64,000 nucleotides of DNA from Dicyema japonicum (Eukaryota > Animalia > Dicyemida), in contig RDEW01000033.1 in NCBI GenBank assembly GCA_011109175.1, positions 310,001 to 374,000 on the forward strand, written 5' to 3'. This document shows, piece by piece, positions 25,633 through 38,755 of this stretch (position 1 is its first letter; every line of letters starts with the position of its first letter). The translations under genes were made by a program, and so were the position numbers. The notes beneath the pieces were generated by a model. That model did not search any database and had not been told where the DNA came from. It saw only the letters and a list, made by a program, of their open reading frames with translations.

Positions 25633-26074
25633 TTAACTATTCTTTTTCCTTTTTCTTAATAAATAAAATAAATATATTTAATAAATGAATCATATGTTGA
25701 ATGACTCTTCCATCCTACCATACTCCTTGACCAAACCCTCTGATGAAGATTGCATTATGAAAACTATTCCGCTAAAGAATGAAGTGATGTCCGCGACGGT
25801 AGGACGTGGAAAAAAATGGAAGAGGGCGGACCTACTTCTCCACCTCTCTCGGAAGCGGAAGCCTGTAATGAAGATAGTATTGTCTCCCTTTTGTTCCTTC
25901 TTTGGATTAGTTAGTTATGACTGTTTGTGCTGGGCTTACAATGGTAAGCCTGGGTTAATAATTATAATAATCTATCAGTCGAATAGTCAGGAATATTTTA
26001 AAGCTATTCGACCACGTGGTACGTCTGAATATGATCTTAGAAGCCATGATTTATCTGGAGAAAGATCCGCAGAA

Positions 26075-26215
26075 TATTATTAATATTATTATTAACACTT
26101 TCACGAGAGCTATAATGTGCAGAATGATAGGGAAAGTTGAACGGTTCACTTCCATGCAGAACTTACACTGAGCACCACCACAAGAACAGGTGAACCGCAT
26201 GACGCCACGCCATTT
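26075..26215 (-). mobile_element. about 135-nt mini-element: HDV-topology motif (26142-26206) plus a SINE-like 3' tail
   Basis: GGCGTC-ATG-CGGTTC-ACC-loop-GGT-GGTGCT-CAG-hairpin-TGGAAGT-GAACCG, then ATTATAGCTCTCGTGAAAGTGTTA(ATA)n, which matches the SINE 3' end at 9898-9935. Confidence 0.65.
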
Positions 26216-26399
26216 TTTTAATATGGAGTATTCAGATCGACCCTCGGAAAATTAAACTTGAAATCATCTTTTGTAAAATAAAAAGGCAAAAAACTTTACT
26301 AAAGAGTTATCTTGACCGTCTGGCTACGTTACTTCAATACTATTTTCCACGATAGTATTGAACCTCGGAATCCCTCGATATCTCTGAAACGGACAAACA

Positions 26400-26620
26400 T
26401 CTACAAGAAATAAAAGCAGCAATTTACCCGTGGATGAGTGCAGCAAAAAAGACAAGAGAAAGAGTTAGCTTGTTCCAGGCTTTTCTGTTCTTATTCAGAT
26501 CCCTTAGTGTGTTCAGGTAGTCACCAGATGCCAATGTTTTCTTTACGACTTTTAAGTCGTTTTGTAAAACGACCGGGAGGGTTGTTCTCGGTATTCCACG
26601 AAAGTGTTTAACATGGGAGG
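26400..26620 (-). mobile_element. RTE-like LINE 3' fragment
   Basis: NIAMEDYY..HFRGIPRTTLPVVLQNDLK..LRDL..NRKAW. Confidence 0.75.
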
Positions 26621-26899
26621 AGTAGTAATCTTCCATGGCAATATTCGAGTCCAACCTCAGGACATGTCCAAAAAGTCTCTAACGAGAGCTAATGATCTCG
26701 AGACTTATTGGTGTACAGTTACACTTAATTTGTCACGAAATAGTAAGCGTCAACTCAAACTATTATGGAAACGGAAGACTTGCACAGTAGGGCTTGCATT
26801 CTGACACCGTCTTTTTCATGCCGTCTCAGCAGAGGTCGGTTCCCAAGACATGCAGCCATCAAATGAATTGTGAAGCGCTCTTTTGAGGAGACTGGATTC

Positions 26900-27460
26900 C
26901 TTATTATTATTATTATTTAAGCCAAAGAAACACCGTCTTAACCAATAACTAATATTCAGGTGATCCCGGCATCTCTCAATAATCGGGCCATTTTTTCTCG
27001 ATGCTCCGACTGTGATCCCACGCATTTTTATACGGACGGGGGTCTTTTTCCTTTTCTCTTCTGAAATTGCCTCCAGTTGCCTCTATGATAGACTCGAGTG
27101 CTCTGGGGCAATTTCTTTATCTGTATATTTTTCTAGTAACTTTTTTGCTCTTGACTGGATATCTTGAATTTTTGTTAGGTTCGTTGCCGACAGGTTAGAT
27201 CCCCATGCAGCACATACATAGCCTATTGTTGGCTCGACATATTGCTTGTAGAGGGTCCCGATACCTGGCGGATAAATTCCTCCACAGTTCCAAAGGAAGG
27301 CCTTTACAAAATTGATCTTCTTTGCACAGGTTGATATGATAGATTCCACATGGGCTGAGAAGCAGAGGAAAGTATCAAAAGTTACTCCCAGTATCTTCTG
27401 CGTTTTCTTTTGTGGTATAGGTACTCCATTTAACGTGACATCAATTGTTTGACGTGACAT
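26900..27460 (-). mobile_element. Vingi-like LINE 3' fragment; its 3' about 230 bp recur at 33060-33285
   Basis: KILGVTFDTFLCFSAHV..LYKQYVEPTIGYVCAAW; GIT-stop followed by a (TAA)n tail. Confidence 0.8.
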
Positions 27461-28379
27461 TAAGGAACTAAAGGTGGAGTGATCTTATAATCTAAAAACT
27501 CAAAATGCACTGATATAAGCAATTATTTGTTTTAGAACTCTGATATGACTGTTCAAATGTATATTTTTGCAATTTAATCGAAATATGTCCTTGAATATTT
27601 GTACGCCCCATAGTCACCACCAAGCTAAATATTTGGTAGTCGTTTGGTAGTGGAGAAAGTTGTCAGACAGTTTTGTCCACAAACAGATGACTCAAATAAA
27701 AACCTTACTTTTCTTCAAGTTTCCTCAATTTAGAAAGACAGTGAATAACAAATTTTTTAAAATTTTCAGTCCTAATGAACCACAATAGGATTATCACTAA
27801 TATTACTAATCCTTGAAATGTGGTTTTAATATTTCCTCATTATTTTACATAAATTAATTTATTGGAAATCATGGGTACCCCCAGAAAATATAAATACTCC
27901 AATTTCTGAAGCCCTTATCTTATCAATATGACGAATCACGAATTATTAATCAATAATACTTGATTTTAATAATTCTCCAATAAAACATATTTTCCAATAA
28001 GGGAGACTTTGTAGCTCCATAAAGAAGAATGTAATCTCTCGGAGAGTTTAGGGAAATGGGACATTGTCGTAATAACTGGAATGAAATAATGTAGTAACAG
28101 TTATATAAAAGTCATTGATTTGTTCGACTGCCATTATCAATCACTATATTTACGATAAGTGTCTCCCTTTTATTTGTATGACTTGTAAGAACTGAGAAAT
28201 ATTATTTGAACAAAGACCTGGCTAGGAACCTTATTAACTCTAAGAAACAACAAAACGTTAGAACCCTAGTAAGTCATTCCTCCTCAAGCAATATGTGCTT
28301 CGATCTTGCCTAACACTATGTTAACAAAATATTAAAAAAAGATGATAAAAAATCCTGTCAATAAAGGTTAATTAATAAT

Positions 28380-28715
28380 TTATTCGAGTTTAAGGAATTC
28401 TCGGACACACTCATACTCAACGGCATTATTAAAGTCTTCAAAGTTCTACATTCATAAGCCAAACACAACTCCGAGGTAGCAGTCGCCGTTGAATATTTGG
28501 GGAGGGCAGAAATCAGACTTATCGGCTTTTGTTATCCCACTCCTCATCCTGCTCTTACCTTCCTCATTGGAAGCCAGATCGACCAGAGTGTAGGGTATAT
28601 TATAGGAGTCCAAAGCGTCTATCATTCGCGTTTGATTAGATTTGATCTTGCATGGGATAATTTAAAATACCTTTAATTGAGCAGAAACAGATGAATAATA
28701 AACTATGATAGACAT
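28380..28715 (-). CDS. SH3BGRL: SH3 domain-binding glutamic acid-rich-like protein (glutaredoxin fold)
   Basis: Spliced product MSIIVYYSSVSAQLKIKSNQTRMIDALDSYNIPYTLVDLASNEEGKSRM..PPQIFNGDCYLGNFEDFNNAVEYECVREFLKLE; two 24-nt GT-AG introns. Confidence 0.88.
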
Positions 28716-29532
28716 TAATCCGACACGTCAGGAAACCTAATTTTTATTCAAATTGGAATTATTTTTAATTAGGATTTAATTAATAATTTTCGGATTTTAA
28801 ATTTTTTTAAAATTAAATTTAAAATTAAAAGTTAGTTTGGTTACCCTTGGTCTTTGGAAATAATTTTAATTTAATTAAAAAAAAAAAACTCATTGTTTCG
28901 TCAATCCACAGCAGAAACTCCATCCCAACTTTTTTGGCTCTGAGATTCCAAACAATTTGAAAATTTGGCTTGCAAAATTCCTCAGTGGACGAAGAAGAAG
29001 AGTAATTTTACATTCCATGCTGACGACACTCTGGTCCTCGCTTATGCTGACGACATAATCTTGGAAATAAGAGACCAGTGTGTTCACACAGTGAGTACCT
29101 ACTTACAAGAATTACTGGATTACCTGAGCTGTTGGATTACGAGGAACCTATTACACACAAGTCCTGAAAAGTCTAGCACAATAATTTTTACTTCAAACAG
29201 AAGATTTACAAACTCGGCACTTTTTTACCCTCAATGGAATGTCAATCCCCTCCACTAATTCTACCAAAATACTGGGGATCACATACGACCCCTTTTGACT
29301 TTCAGCAAAGACGTCAGCAACGTAATTTCCTCTTCCCAACAAAAACTAAGCCATTTTTGTATGCAATACATTCAACCGACAATTAGCTACTCTGTGTTGC
29401 ATGGGACACAAACCTATCCTATACGAACCTAAAGAAAATCAATGTCTTTCAAGAAACAGTCACGACTGCCCTACAAAGGTTCTCCTCTCCACTTATGGCA
29501 ACTCCGTTCGAGGAACTTGTGAGAAGCCAAAT

Positions 29533-29900
29533 TTAAATCTCCAAAATACCTAGAATTGATTTGATAGAACTTATTTCTTGAAGTTTATACCTCCGTTCTA
29601 TCTCAATTTCCGAATTGAGAACTCGAGAGATGTCGCTGTCAACATCTTTCCTGAAATCCACTGTCACACTTTTACTGGATGGCAGGGATTTTAACAAAAT
29701 TAGTCCATGGAGTGAAGAGGCCCACAAAGCAAATGCGTATGAGATGCATGACTCAATGGAAAATTTACACTCGTTCTATTAGTCTCAGTGATTTTGGTCC
29801 TGTCTGACTCGAACCCTGGCGGAATTTTGATAAGGAATATTAAGCTGACATCATTAATTCCGAACTGTGTCTTTAAATCTAGGTCTAATTGGCCATTCAT
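29533..29900 (-). CDS. hypothetical protein (two ORF pieces that join if one G is added to a GGG run)
   Basis: Two adjacent open frames, divergent from the ENT gene. No family recognised. Confidence 0.35.
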
Positions 29901-30075
29901 TCTCTAATGACGAGGTAACTGACGACAGCAGAAATTGAAGGATCCGTACATGGAGTCGACCTAAAACAGAGTTCTTACAGAAATACGGATGTAAAACTGA
30001 ATTCTAATGGACTGAAATGTCAGAAATAGGCGGAAATATTTCCTATAAATTATAACATAGCGCTTGTCAATAATA

Positions 30076-31518
30076 ATGTATAGCTGCAGAGGATTCTTTT
30101 ACATTTCTGGACTGATATCTCTGCTCACGTGGAATATAACCATCAACATAAGCTATGAGGTTGTCCCTAACATAATCTGCAGTATTTTGTAGTATATCGT
30201 CTTAATTCAGGTAAGGAAGAAAACCAAGGCATCATCAACTTGGCGGATTCATTTATAAATGATATTGTCATTATTTCTCAAACGATGATCTTTCTCGTTG
30301 TTGTGAGCAGTTTTTTCCACCGTCCTCAAGGGTAGAGACTTTACTCTATTTCAGGGGAAAGGAAATATACTACATCGCTGTGACAAACTGTGTAATGCTG
30401 GTGGGATACGTTATAATGACAATCCTGACATTCATAGACTCAACAAACTGTATCGTTACTCCTTAAACATAGGGAAGAGAGGTTTCATATATTTGAACTA
30501 TTTCATCATTTCTGTGATGCAAGGTCTCCTGTTTTGATATTTCAGTCGCCTCTGGGTGGATGCAGGTGTCCCTGTTTTCCATGGCGGGGATCTTCCAGGA
30601 GGAAGTCAATCTCTTCCCCTCGCTGATCACAGGCATGGTAATTTTGGTAACACAACAGAATCTCTGTGGATTCATCACCACGATTTTCTTGATTCTATTA
30701 AAAATTGGTAGTCAAAGTCTTTATTTCAGTCAACATTGACACGTGGAAGTTAGTAGCCATCTACTACTCCTTGGCTGCAGGAACGTCCATTGCTGGCCTT
30801 ATTTTATGCAAATTTATAAACTTGCATGTATAAATGGTCGAATATTATAGCCATTATACATTAAAGCTAAGAAATCCACGGAGGAACGTGCTTCATGGAA
30901 GATAGAAATCCGCAACGACCTCAAACGGCTCTTATCGGCCTTCAAAATGGTTTGAATGGAAGTTAACCTAAATAGTGCTACCCTGCAGTGCTTTCGACAT
31001 ACACAATCTTCACAGTTACACTTCTCGTGTTCCCTGCCGTCTTGAGGAACTCTGCTCCACTCAGTATTAATCTCCCGGTGGACTGGTACGGCATAATTTG
31101 TTCCTTCGTCATTTTCAACACTCTTGCCTTTGCCACATCCCCAATTCCCGGGTTTTGGAAATTTGTTAGATTACTTAATAACCTAGCCACCGCCCAAATT
31201 CTCAATTTTGGCAGCTCTATTAAGAATCCTCACTCTTCCCCTTTTCATATTCGGGAACAGCTTCTCCACTAATCGAACTCTTCCTGCGGCGATTCCAGAT
31301 TGGATGTTTGTGACCACCAGCATCATTTTTTCAGTATCACATGGATACTTATCAAGTCTTTGTGCGGCACATGCCCCTGAGTACAGCAATGTAATAAATT
31401 TAGATATGCAAGTGGCTATGAGAGAGAGGCCGGGTATTTGACCTCCCTATTTACGTCGGCAGGACTTCTCAGTGGAGGGTTCGGTAGCAAATTAATCAAG
31501 TATATCATTACAAACTGA
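30076..31518 (+). CDS. equilibrative nucleoside transporter (SLC29 family); start approximate
   Basis: GLISLLTWNITINI..YF, FTVTLLVFPAV, ICSFVIFN, LLRILTLPLFIFGN, FSVSHGYLSSLCAAHAP, EREAGYLTSLFTSAGLLSGG. Introns of 22 and 23 nt explain the apparent frameshifts. Confidence 0.85.
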
Positions 31519-31654
31519 TTTAACAAATTACATTTGTTTATCCTACATTATTCCATAATACTGTATTGTTACACTACAGCAAACAGACTCCCCGTTGCAC
31601 GAATCAGAGGATTATTTTTATGGGATTTTTAATAAAAAATAATATATTACGCAG

Positions 31655-31850
31655 AAAGGAGACCATCTAGAGGCCAAAGACTCCGTTCGTCTCAACAACG
31701 ATAGGCTTTACATAGAATCTGGATGTGAGACAGTCGAATTTTCGTATTTTAGAATTTTCGAGTGTTCGTGCAGCTTCCCAATCATGGTAAGACTTTCTGA
31801 AGGAAAGAGTGCTGGAGGTGGAGAGACTACATCCATGTAGTCTAATATTC
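31655..31850 (-). mobile_element. CRE-like endonuclease fragment
   Basis: AARTLENSKIRKFDCLTSRFYVKPIVVETNGVFGL. Confidence 0.6.
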
Positions 31851-33479
31851 ATGGCTGTACGAATCTTCGATCAGGACCAACTAAAACAAATTTAAAAATA
31901 CGGGACGAGTGTGGTCACTAAATTTTCCACAAACCTCACAACCGACAATTTTAGCAAACAATTGAAGGATTTCTTACCTCTTTCAAAATTCGAAGGGGAG
32001 CCTCGTTTATGCGTTCACAGATTCTGAAATTTTGAAAGGTCTCAGGCGTTTTAATAATAACAGAGCGCTTAGCTTTGACAATATTTGTGGAGAACTACTA
32101 AAATATTCGCCGACTCAGCAAAAAAGATATGTTTTATGTTCACAAAATATTCAAGATTCATTATTCAGTTAATATTTCAACGGAGATATTACTTCTTGTA
32201 AAAAAATACCTTGTAAAAGTACAGGCCCACTCAATAGTCTAAGGCCCATAGTTATATTAACGTGTTGTGAAAAACTTTATCCAATATAACTCAGTCGGAT
32301 ATCATGTTCTGTTGACCGGTATTTATCACCGAGTTAAAGCGGTTTTAGATGGGGAGATCAACCGTTGATATCGTTTGGAGTCATCGTTGGCCTGTGACTA
32401 TATGTCAAAGGCAGAAAGATGATGTATATTCTTGGAGTTGATTTGTCGAAGGCTTTCGAATCTGATAAATTAACTACTGTTTGTCATTAAGCACATTATT
32501 GACGAAGACTGTCTAAAAATTATACGGTTTTCGCTCGCAGATACTTGTCTGAAGGTGAAGGTGGGTAAAAGTTATTAGTAGGGGGATTTTTATCAATAAA
32601 TTCAAAAATTCATGTTCTTTAAAATTGTTTAAAACTTATAAAAATGTAATTTTTAATCAAAATAAAGTCAGAAAAGTCAAAATTTGGGTAATGTCAAAAA
32701 AGTCAAAATTTAATTTTTTAGGTCAATAAGCTCAAAATTTTTATTGATTTTTATTTTTATTTTATTTATTAATTTTTTCGAGGTTTTGGTTGAATAAAAT
32801 ACTAATGTTTCGTCAACTGCTATGCCTCGTTCAACCAGGAAGGTCGTTGAAAAGGTTATTAAAAATATCCTGTTGAATTTTCTATAAACTCACGTTTTTT
32901 TCTAAAAAACAGCTTTTTGTTGAATTTTTCATAAATGAAACATTTCAAACTAACAGGTCTATCATTTTTATTACTATTTAGAGGTGCTAATGTAAAAATA
33001 TCTGATTTTCTCATTCCATCTACTCTAGGCTCAATGAGGTCACTAATGCTTACTCGGATATTTATTATTATTATTTAAGCCAAAGAAACACCGTCTTAAC
33101 CAATAACTAATTTTCAGGTGATCCCGGCATCTCTCAATAATTGGGCCATTTTTTCTCGATGCTCCGACCGTGATCCCACGCATTTTCTATACGGACGGGG
33201 TCTTTTTCCTTTCCTCTTCTGAAATTGCCTCCAGTTGCCTCTATGATAGACTCGAGTGCTCTGGGGCAATTTCTTTATCTGATTTATTTTGCAAAGTTGA
33301 ACATTAAAGTTTACAAAACGTGTTTGAGGTATTGGATATAGTTTTAATTCCTCATACTGTAGAATATTTACGGGTATCTACCAAAAATAATTCTGGTCAG
33401 AATGGGGAGTTATCTTGAAGTTGTTAAACATTATTGTAAATCTTTATTCAAGTAAAAAATATTCAAGCATATTCAAGCA

Positions 33480-33790
33480 CAAACCTTTTTAAATCGGTTC
33501 AGACACCTGGAGCACCTGCTTCAACTGCGGAAAACCTAAAAATCAAGAAATATTCTTGCCGAGACCGGTACCGATTTACTCCTGTTGCGGTCAAGTCATC
33601 AGGAGCCGTTGGTCCAATGACGGCTGAGTTCTTGCTCGAACTCGGAAGAATGCTTCCAAAAAAGAAAAGGGATCAACAAGAAGGGTCCTGGCCGAGACAA
33701 AGGATTGGATTGGCCATACTCCGAGGGAACTCGTTTGCGATCCAAGCAGCAGGCTTCCTCAATTAACATTTGTTTCTTTGTTAAATAATT
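33480..33790 (+). mobile_element. CRE-like element 3' end
   Basis: Closely matches 48130-48430 and 1090-1385. Confidence 0.85.
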
Positions 33791-34424
33791 GTCTTTTTAA
33801 AGTAAAAAATAACTATAATTTTTTTATAAAAATATAATTTTATTAGAAGATGCTTGGAAGTATCTATTAGAATGAAATACGGAGCAATTTATCTGCTATA
33901 TTATGTCAATATTGGTTTATAAATTTACAAGGATGACAGGAAAAACTTATTTCACAGTAGAAGACGCAGTTAGAATATTCAAAAATTGTATTTTAGTAAC
34001 GTTTTATGCATAATAAAGAAATATCTAGTATCTATATTTTCTGCTAATAAGTTTTTTCCACTACAAAAATGGAAAAACAACATACTTCTTAATGCATATA
34101 CGACTATTTGAAGAAAAATCTCCGAGTTACTTCAGTTGTGGATAAGTCACAGATATTTGGATGGTCATTGAAATTTAACAAAAAACTGATATAAAAGGGT
34201 TTTTCTATCACTAACGACAATATTCAGTCAATAACGACAAAAGTCAATCAATATCGACACGTGGTCAATCACTAACGACATTAGTCAATCAAAACGATAC
34301 TGGAACAGAATAAAAAATAATTTTTTTTGTATTTAGTCGAATTTCAACCCTAATGACCGAATTAAACAACCAGGAAAATGAAATAAACAATTGCAAAGAA
34401 AGGCGTAAAATCTCAAATTTATTT

Positions 34425-35030
34425 ATTAAGCCCGGGATCACCGAGAAAGAAAGACAAAAGAAATGTCAACTAGTTAGGTGATTCCAGTTCCCGCAACCAA
34501 ACGTGCCACCCTAAGCCTGTGCGTCTCTATTGTTCCCACTGTCGAACGGAAATGCGTTCTTTGATCCTTGCAGAGGAAGCTGATTGGGGAAAGAAATTTT
34601 TTAGCCAACCTATTTTATTTTGCGTGGAACAGTGAGAGGCTTAGTGGGTGTCCATTTTTCTCGCGAATGCGGAGAAATCCGGAACCACATCTACGAGTTG
34701 TAGATTCCGCCAGCAGAGGAGGTACTTTTGTTCCACATTGTGGTCCCAGCAAGCGTATTGTTTTCTTTGCAGTAAGTTTATTTTTTGGATAGTGGCCTCT
34801 GATAACGCGAATCTCCACGCAGCAAAGGCATATTCCACAGCCGGCGCGATTGTCTGGCGGTATGTGGTTCCGATTGTTTTATTCATATTCGCTGGGGTCT
34901 TTTGGATGAGGGCCCGTGTGACACTCAATTTGTGTAGTCCTTTGGTGAAGACTTGTTTGGCATGGTAGGTAAAATTAAGCAGCCTGTCGTATGTCACTCC
35001 CAGGATTGAGGGTTTCTTGTGACAGGTTTC
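34425..35030 (-). mobile_element. Vingi-like LINE 3' fragment
   Basis: LGVTYDRLLNFTYH..YRQTIAPAVEYAFAAW; CTCGGTGATCCCGGGCTTAATAAT tail. Confidence 0.8.
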
Positions 35031-35684
35031 CGAGTATGTCCGATGAAGATTTCTAGTTCTTCTTTGGACCGCCGGTCTAAGGCGCTACATCGAGTACGGA
35101 AACATTTAAAACAAGAATATACAAAGAACTGACATTTGCTAAGATATTTGGGTGTAACTTTCGACCGCGGTGGAGTATATCAGAGTAAGGCAGAATAAAG
35201 CTCTCCAAGCTCATTTTTGTCTTTGCAAGTTACGTATAGGATACATTTCTATTTATCTTTTGGAGGATAATTCTCTGCAAAGAAGGATAGAATAATATTT
35301 ATATTGGAAAAAACAAGGAGAATAATTAAATTGCTGTTACGCGATTAGCAAGTCGAGGAAGAATATAAATTACTTAAACCGATCAATTGTGTGGTAGAGG
35401 AAAGAATAATTGGTTTCACGATGAGAATCAAATTCCAGCACTCGTACGTATCAGTGAGGCCCAACTAACGAGAAGTAACTACTAAATTCTGTCATTAATA
35501 AAGTAGTCATTTGTGATTTTTCTAACAAAGTGATGTAGGGAACAACGATTATTAGAACAGGGAACAACGCAAGTATTCTCAATCACTAGAAAAAGATTTT
35601 GAATGTCTCGAAAACGTAGAACAATAAAAATGATAAAAAATAAATACAACAAATCCACAAACTTTTCATATAAAGTTGGATTAT

Positions 35685-38593
35685 TATTATTAACCCAAGA
35701 ACACCAATAGTTAATTTAATTACTAAATTAAATAAGTGATCTCGAAGGCCTCAATCAGAATTCTCATTTTCTTCTCGTGCGCCTTTTGGGATCCAACACA
35801 ACTTCTCTGTGGGCGGGTGGTTTCGGGAATAGGAATTAGAGAGGGGTGATGTATATTCTTCTCATAAGACATGTCGTGACTGTGTATTGTTGAGAGTTGC
35901 ACTGCTTGCACAGGGTAGAAAATCCCTTTCCATTTTGTCGGATGTCTTCAAGTGATGAGGGTATTAGTTTTTCTAGTTTCCCGAGATTACTAATAGTAGT
36001 GGCTGATAAGGACTGAATGTCCCGGATTCTTTGTTTGTTCGTCCAAGACAGATTGATTTCCCATGACGCACAGGCATAGTTGACAGATGGCTCAATGAAT
36101 TATTGTATAACAATTTCAATGCTGGGAAAGGAGTTTTAATACCACTGAAAATAGTTTTGATTATCCCTAGCTTTCTTCTGCAGCTTCTTGAGATGCTGTC
36201 GACGTGAGATGAAAAAAACATGTGTGTGTCGAAGATGATCCCCAAAATTTTCAGTTTCTTAATGAAAAATATTTTTGTCTGGTTGATAAATAATATCCAC
36301 TGTCCTGTGTCCAAGTAGTTTGTCTGAGGTAAATAAGGACAAAGAAGATTTTTCAGTAGATATATCAAGCCGGTTATAATTTAGCCAAGTTTGAATCTTG
36401 TGAAGGTTTTCTTGTAGTATTTCTGATGCCATTAGGATATCTTGATCGCGGGATCCGATTAATAAGTCATCAGGATATGATAGGATGAAATCGTCTTTAT
36501 TACTGGGTTGTGGTAAATCGGACATGTATACGTTAAATAAGGCGGGTGATAAAGGCAACCTTGTGGGACAACATTGGGTAGTAATCTTGAAATTGATTTG
36601 GTCCCATCCATGTATACCCGGGCCCCTCTTCCATTTATGAAGTTAGCAAGCCAAAGTTTTATATTGAAGTTGACGGGGAGAACTAATAATTTCCGGGTTA
36701 GGATTTTCCTTGAGACGGAGTCGAAGGCCTTTTGTAAATCGATCGAGCAAACGACTGTTTTGAGGTGACGAGGATTTGTGTAAAGCCTTCAATGATAAAT
36801 TGGTTGAGGGAAGTTAGGTGGGTTGTGAGGACGAAAAAAGAAGGGACGGGGTTATAAGGTTAAGAATTAATTTTTCCAATAACTTTGATAAGGTGCATAG
36901 TAAAGAGATAGGTCGAACTGATGCAGGATTGTTTTTAGGCTTCCCAGGCTTAAGAAAATTGGGCGTATATAGGACAGTTTCCAGATAGTTGGAATTGCAT
37001 TCATGTTTATTTAATAGTTGAAAATCTATGTGATTGCATCAATCGCAATAGGTCCAAGGTGTTTTAGCAAAATACCAGGGATAGATTCTGACACACATGA
37101 GAGGAAGAATTCATCTTCTTCAAACCCTCACTGACATCTGAATGAGAGATAAAGTTAATCGGCTGTGTTCTCTTCGGTCTTATTGAGGATATAGAAGGCT
37201 TATCTATTTTCCTGAAAGGTTTGTGGCCTATATTGGCGTATTATTTCATGAGCTTGATAAGACTGTGCTGATCCGTCTGTTGTCTTTTAAAATTTCCTTT
37301 TGGAAATTGTTTAATTTCTCTCCATATCGTCTGAGCAGATTTCTGAAATGGAAGGGAAGATACTAGTTTGTCCATTGTTGGCTTCAGTTTTCTAATCCTT
37401 TTAGATATTTCGTCATTGAGAGTTTTTGTTTGATTTTTCTGTCCGGGAAAGGAAAGTACATGTCTTTTCAGGCGATTCCTCTCTTTAATTAATGCCCTAA
37501 TTTTCTGATAGAGTTTTTCATTGTAGAATTTAAATAATCCATGAGGAATGAATGTTCTCCGCGCCATAAGAATAGTTTTGTTTAAAAGTCAATAGCTTAT
37601 CTATTGAGCGATTCCTTTCTTTAATTAATGACTTGGTGAGCTTGATCGATGTATTTTGGATAGTCATTACAGTTTGCTTTTTTATAGCTGAAAAATGAAA
37701 TAGTCTCTTTTCTGTGGTAAAGAACTTTTTTGATTCGAATAATGATTGGATTGTGGTCGGAAGATAATCCATAATGCACCGTCCAAGATGTGTCCGGTAC
37801 AAGGTTTGGGGAACAGAAGGTAATGTCTGGAAACGTTGAAGCTTCGTTTTCCTTGTAAGGAGTCCTAGTGTGCTTCCTGGGGTTGTTGAGGATAGTCAGA
37901 GAGGTGAGTTGGTTTAATAAGGATAATCCTCTTGAGTCTGCTGGATGTGATTTTAACCAGGCTGGATGTTTAGCATTAAAATCTCCACACAATATCAGGT
38001 TTCCGAGCTTGTTTAACTTGATTAGGTTTAGAGAGAATTCTTTTGGGCAAGAAGATGGAGGGGGACGTAGATGTTTTAATGTTGAGAGTCTCGAATCCAC
38101 TTGTAATTGATATCCCAGATATTTCCGTGGTCCCATCGTTTATTAGTGATTGTAGTTTTGCTGAGATGTCCGTAAATCGAATGTTGTCTCTTATAATGAC
38201 GACCCCCACCACGACGGTTTGAGTGGTCCAGGCGGATGCAGTGGTATCCTGGAAAATGCGGGGTAGGTGATGATGGAGTAAGTCTGCTTTCTTAAAGTAA
38301 AATCAGGTCAATGTTCTGTTCTTTAATGAAAGACAGTAGTTCGAGAATTTTGCTTTTGATTCCGTTTATGTTTATCTGCAGAATTGAGAGTGGGGGCCTG
38401 GATTAAGTTCAATGTCAGCGGCGAAAATTATCAGAAACCCATTCAGCCGAGGGGGATTAAGAAAAAGAAGAGGCCGTCGTCCGAAGAGTCCTTCTTCGGA
38501 TGGGAGGTAGTTAATGGTCCTTTTCCGCGGTGCATTAAGTGCACGCTGAGCGCCTCCAGAACTTTAATAACTGGTAGACCACATGACGCCACG
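35685..38593 (-). mobile_element. degenerate full-length Vingi/Ingi-like LINE: 5' HDV-topology motif (38515-38590), 2A (38393-38416), APE, RT and (TAA)n tail
   Basis: In order on one strand: motif, IFAADIELNPGP, LILCGDFNAKHPAW..PDITF..SSDHNPI, IDLQKAFDSV, LSPALFNVY..YPDD, KILGIIFD, tail. Confidence 0.88.
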
Positions 38594-38755
38594 TTTTAAA
38601 TATTCTCGTGGTTAAGAGGATACGCAAAGTGGCGAAATACGTACCAAACTCTTGTGCAAGTCCACGCGCGCTATAACTTTAATGGTAACCCACGTGGGTA
38701 GAAAATTACTAAACAAACAAATATCACAATGCCAAATTAGAAATAATCAAAGAAT

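Noticed and set aside
25740-25770. CTGATGA...GAAA hammerhead-like core
   Set aside because: No pairing stem II or III; it lies in a LINE 3' remnant ending at CCTGGGTTAATAAT.
31165-31190. Apparent frameshift in the ENT gene
   Set aside because: Explained by a 22-nt GT-AG intron (GTTAGATTACTTAATAACCTAG).
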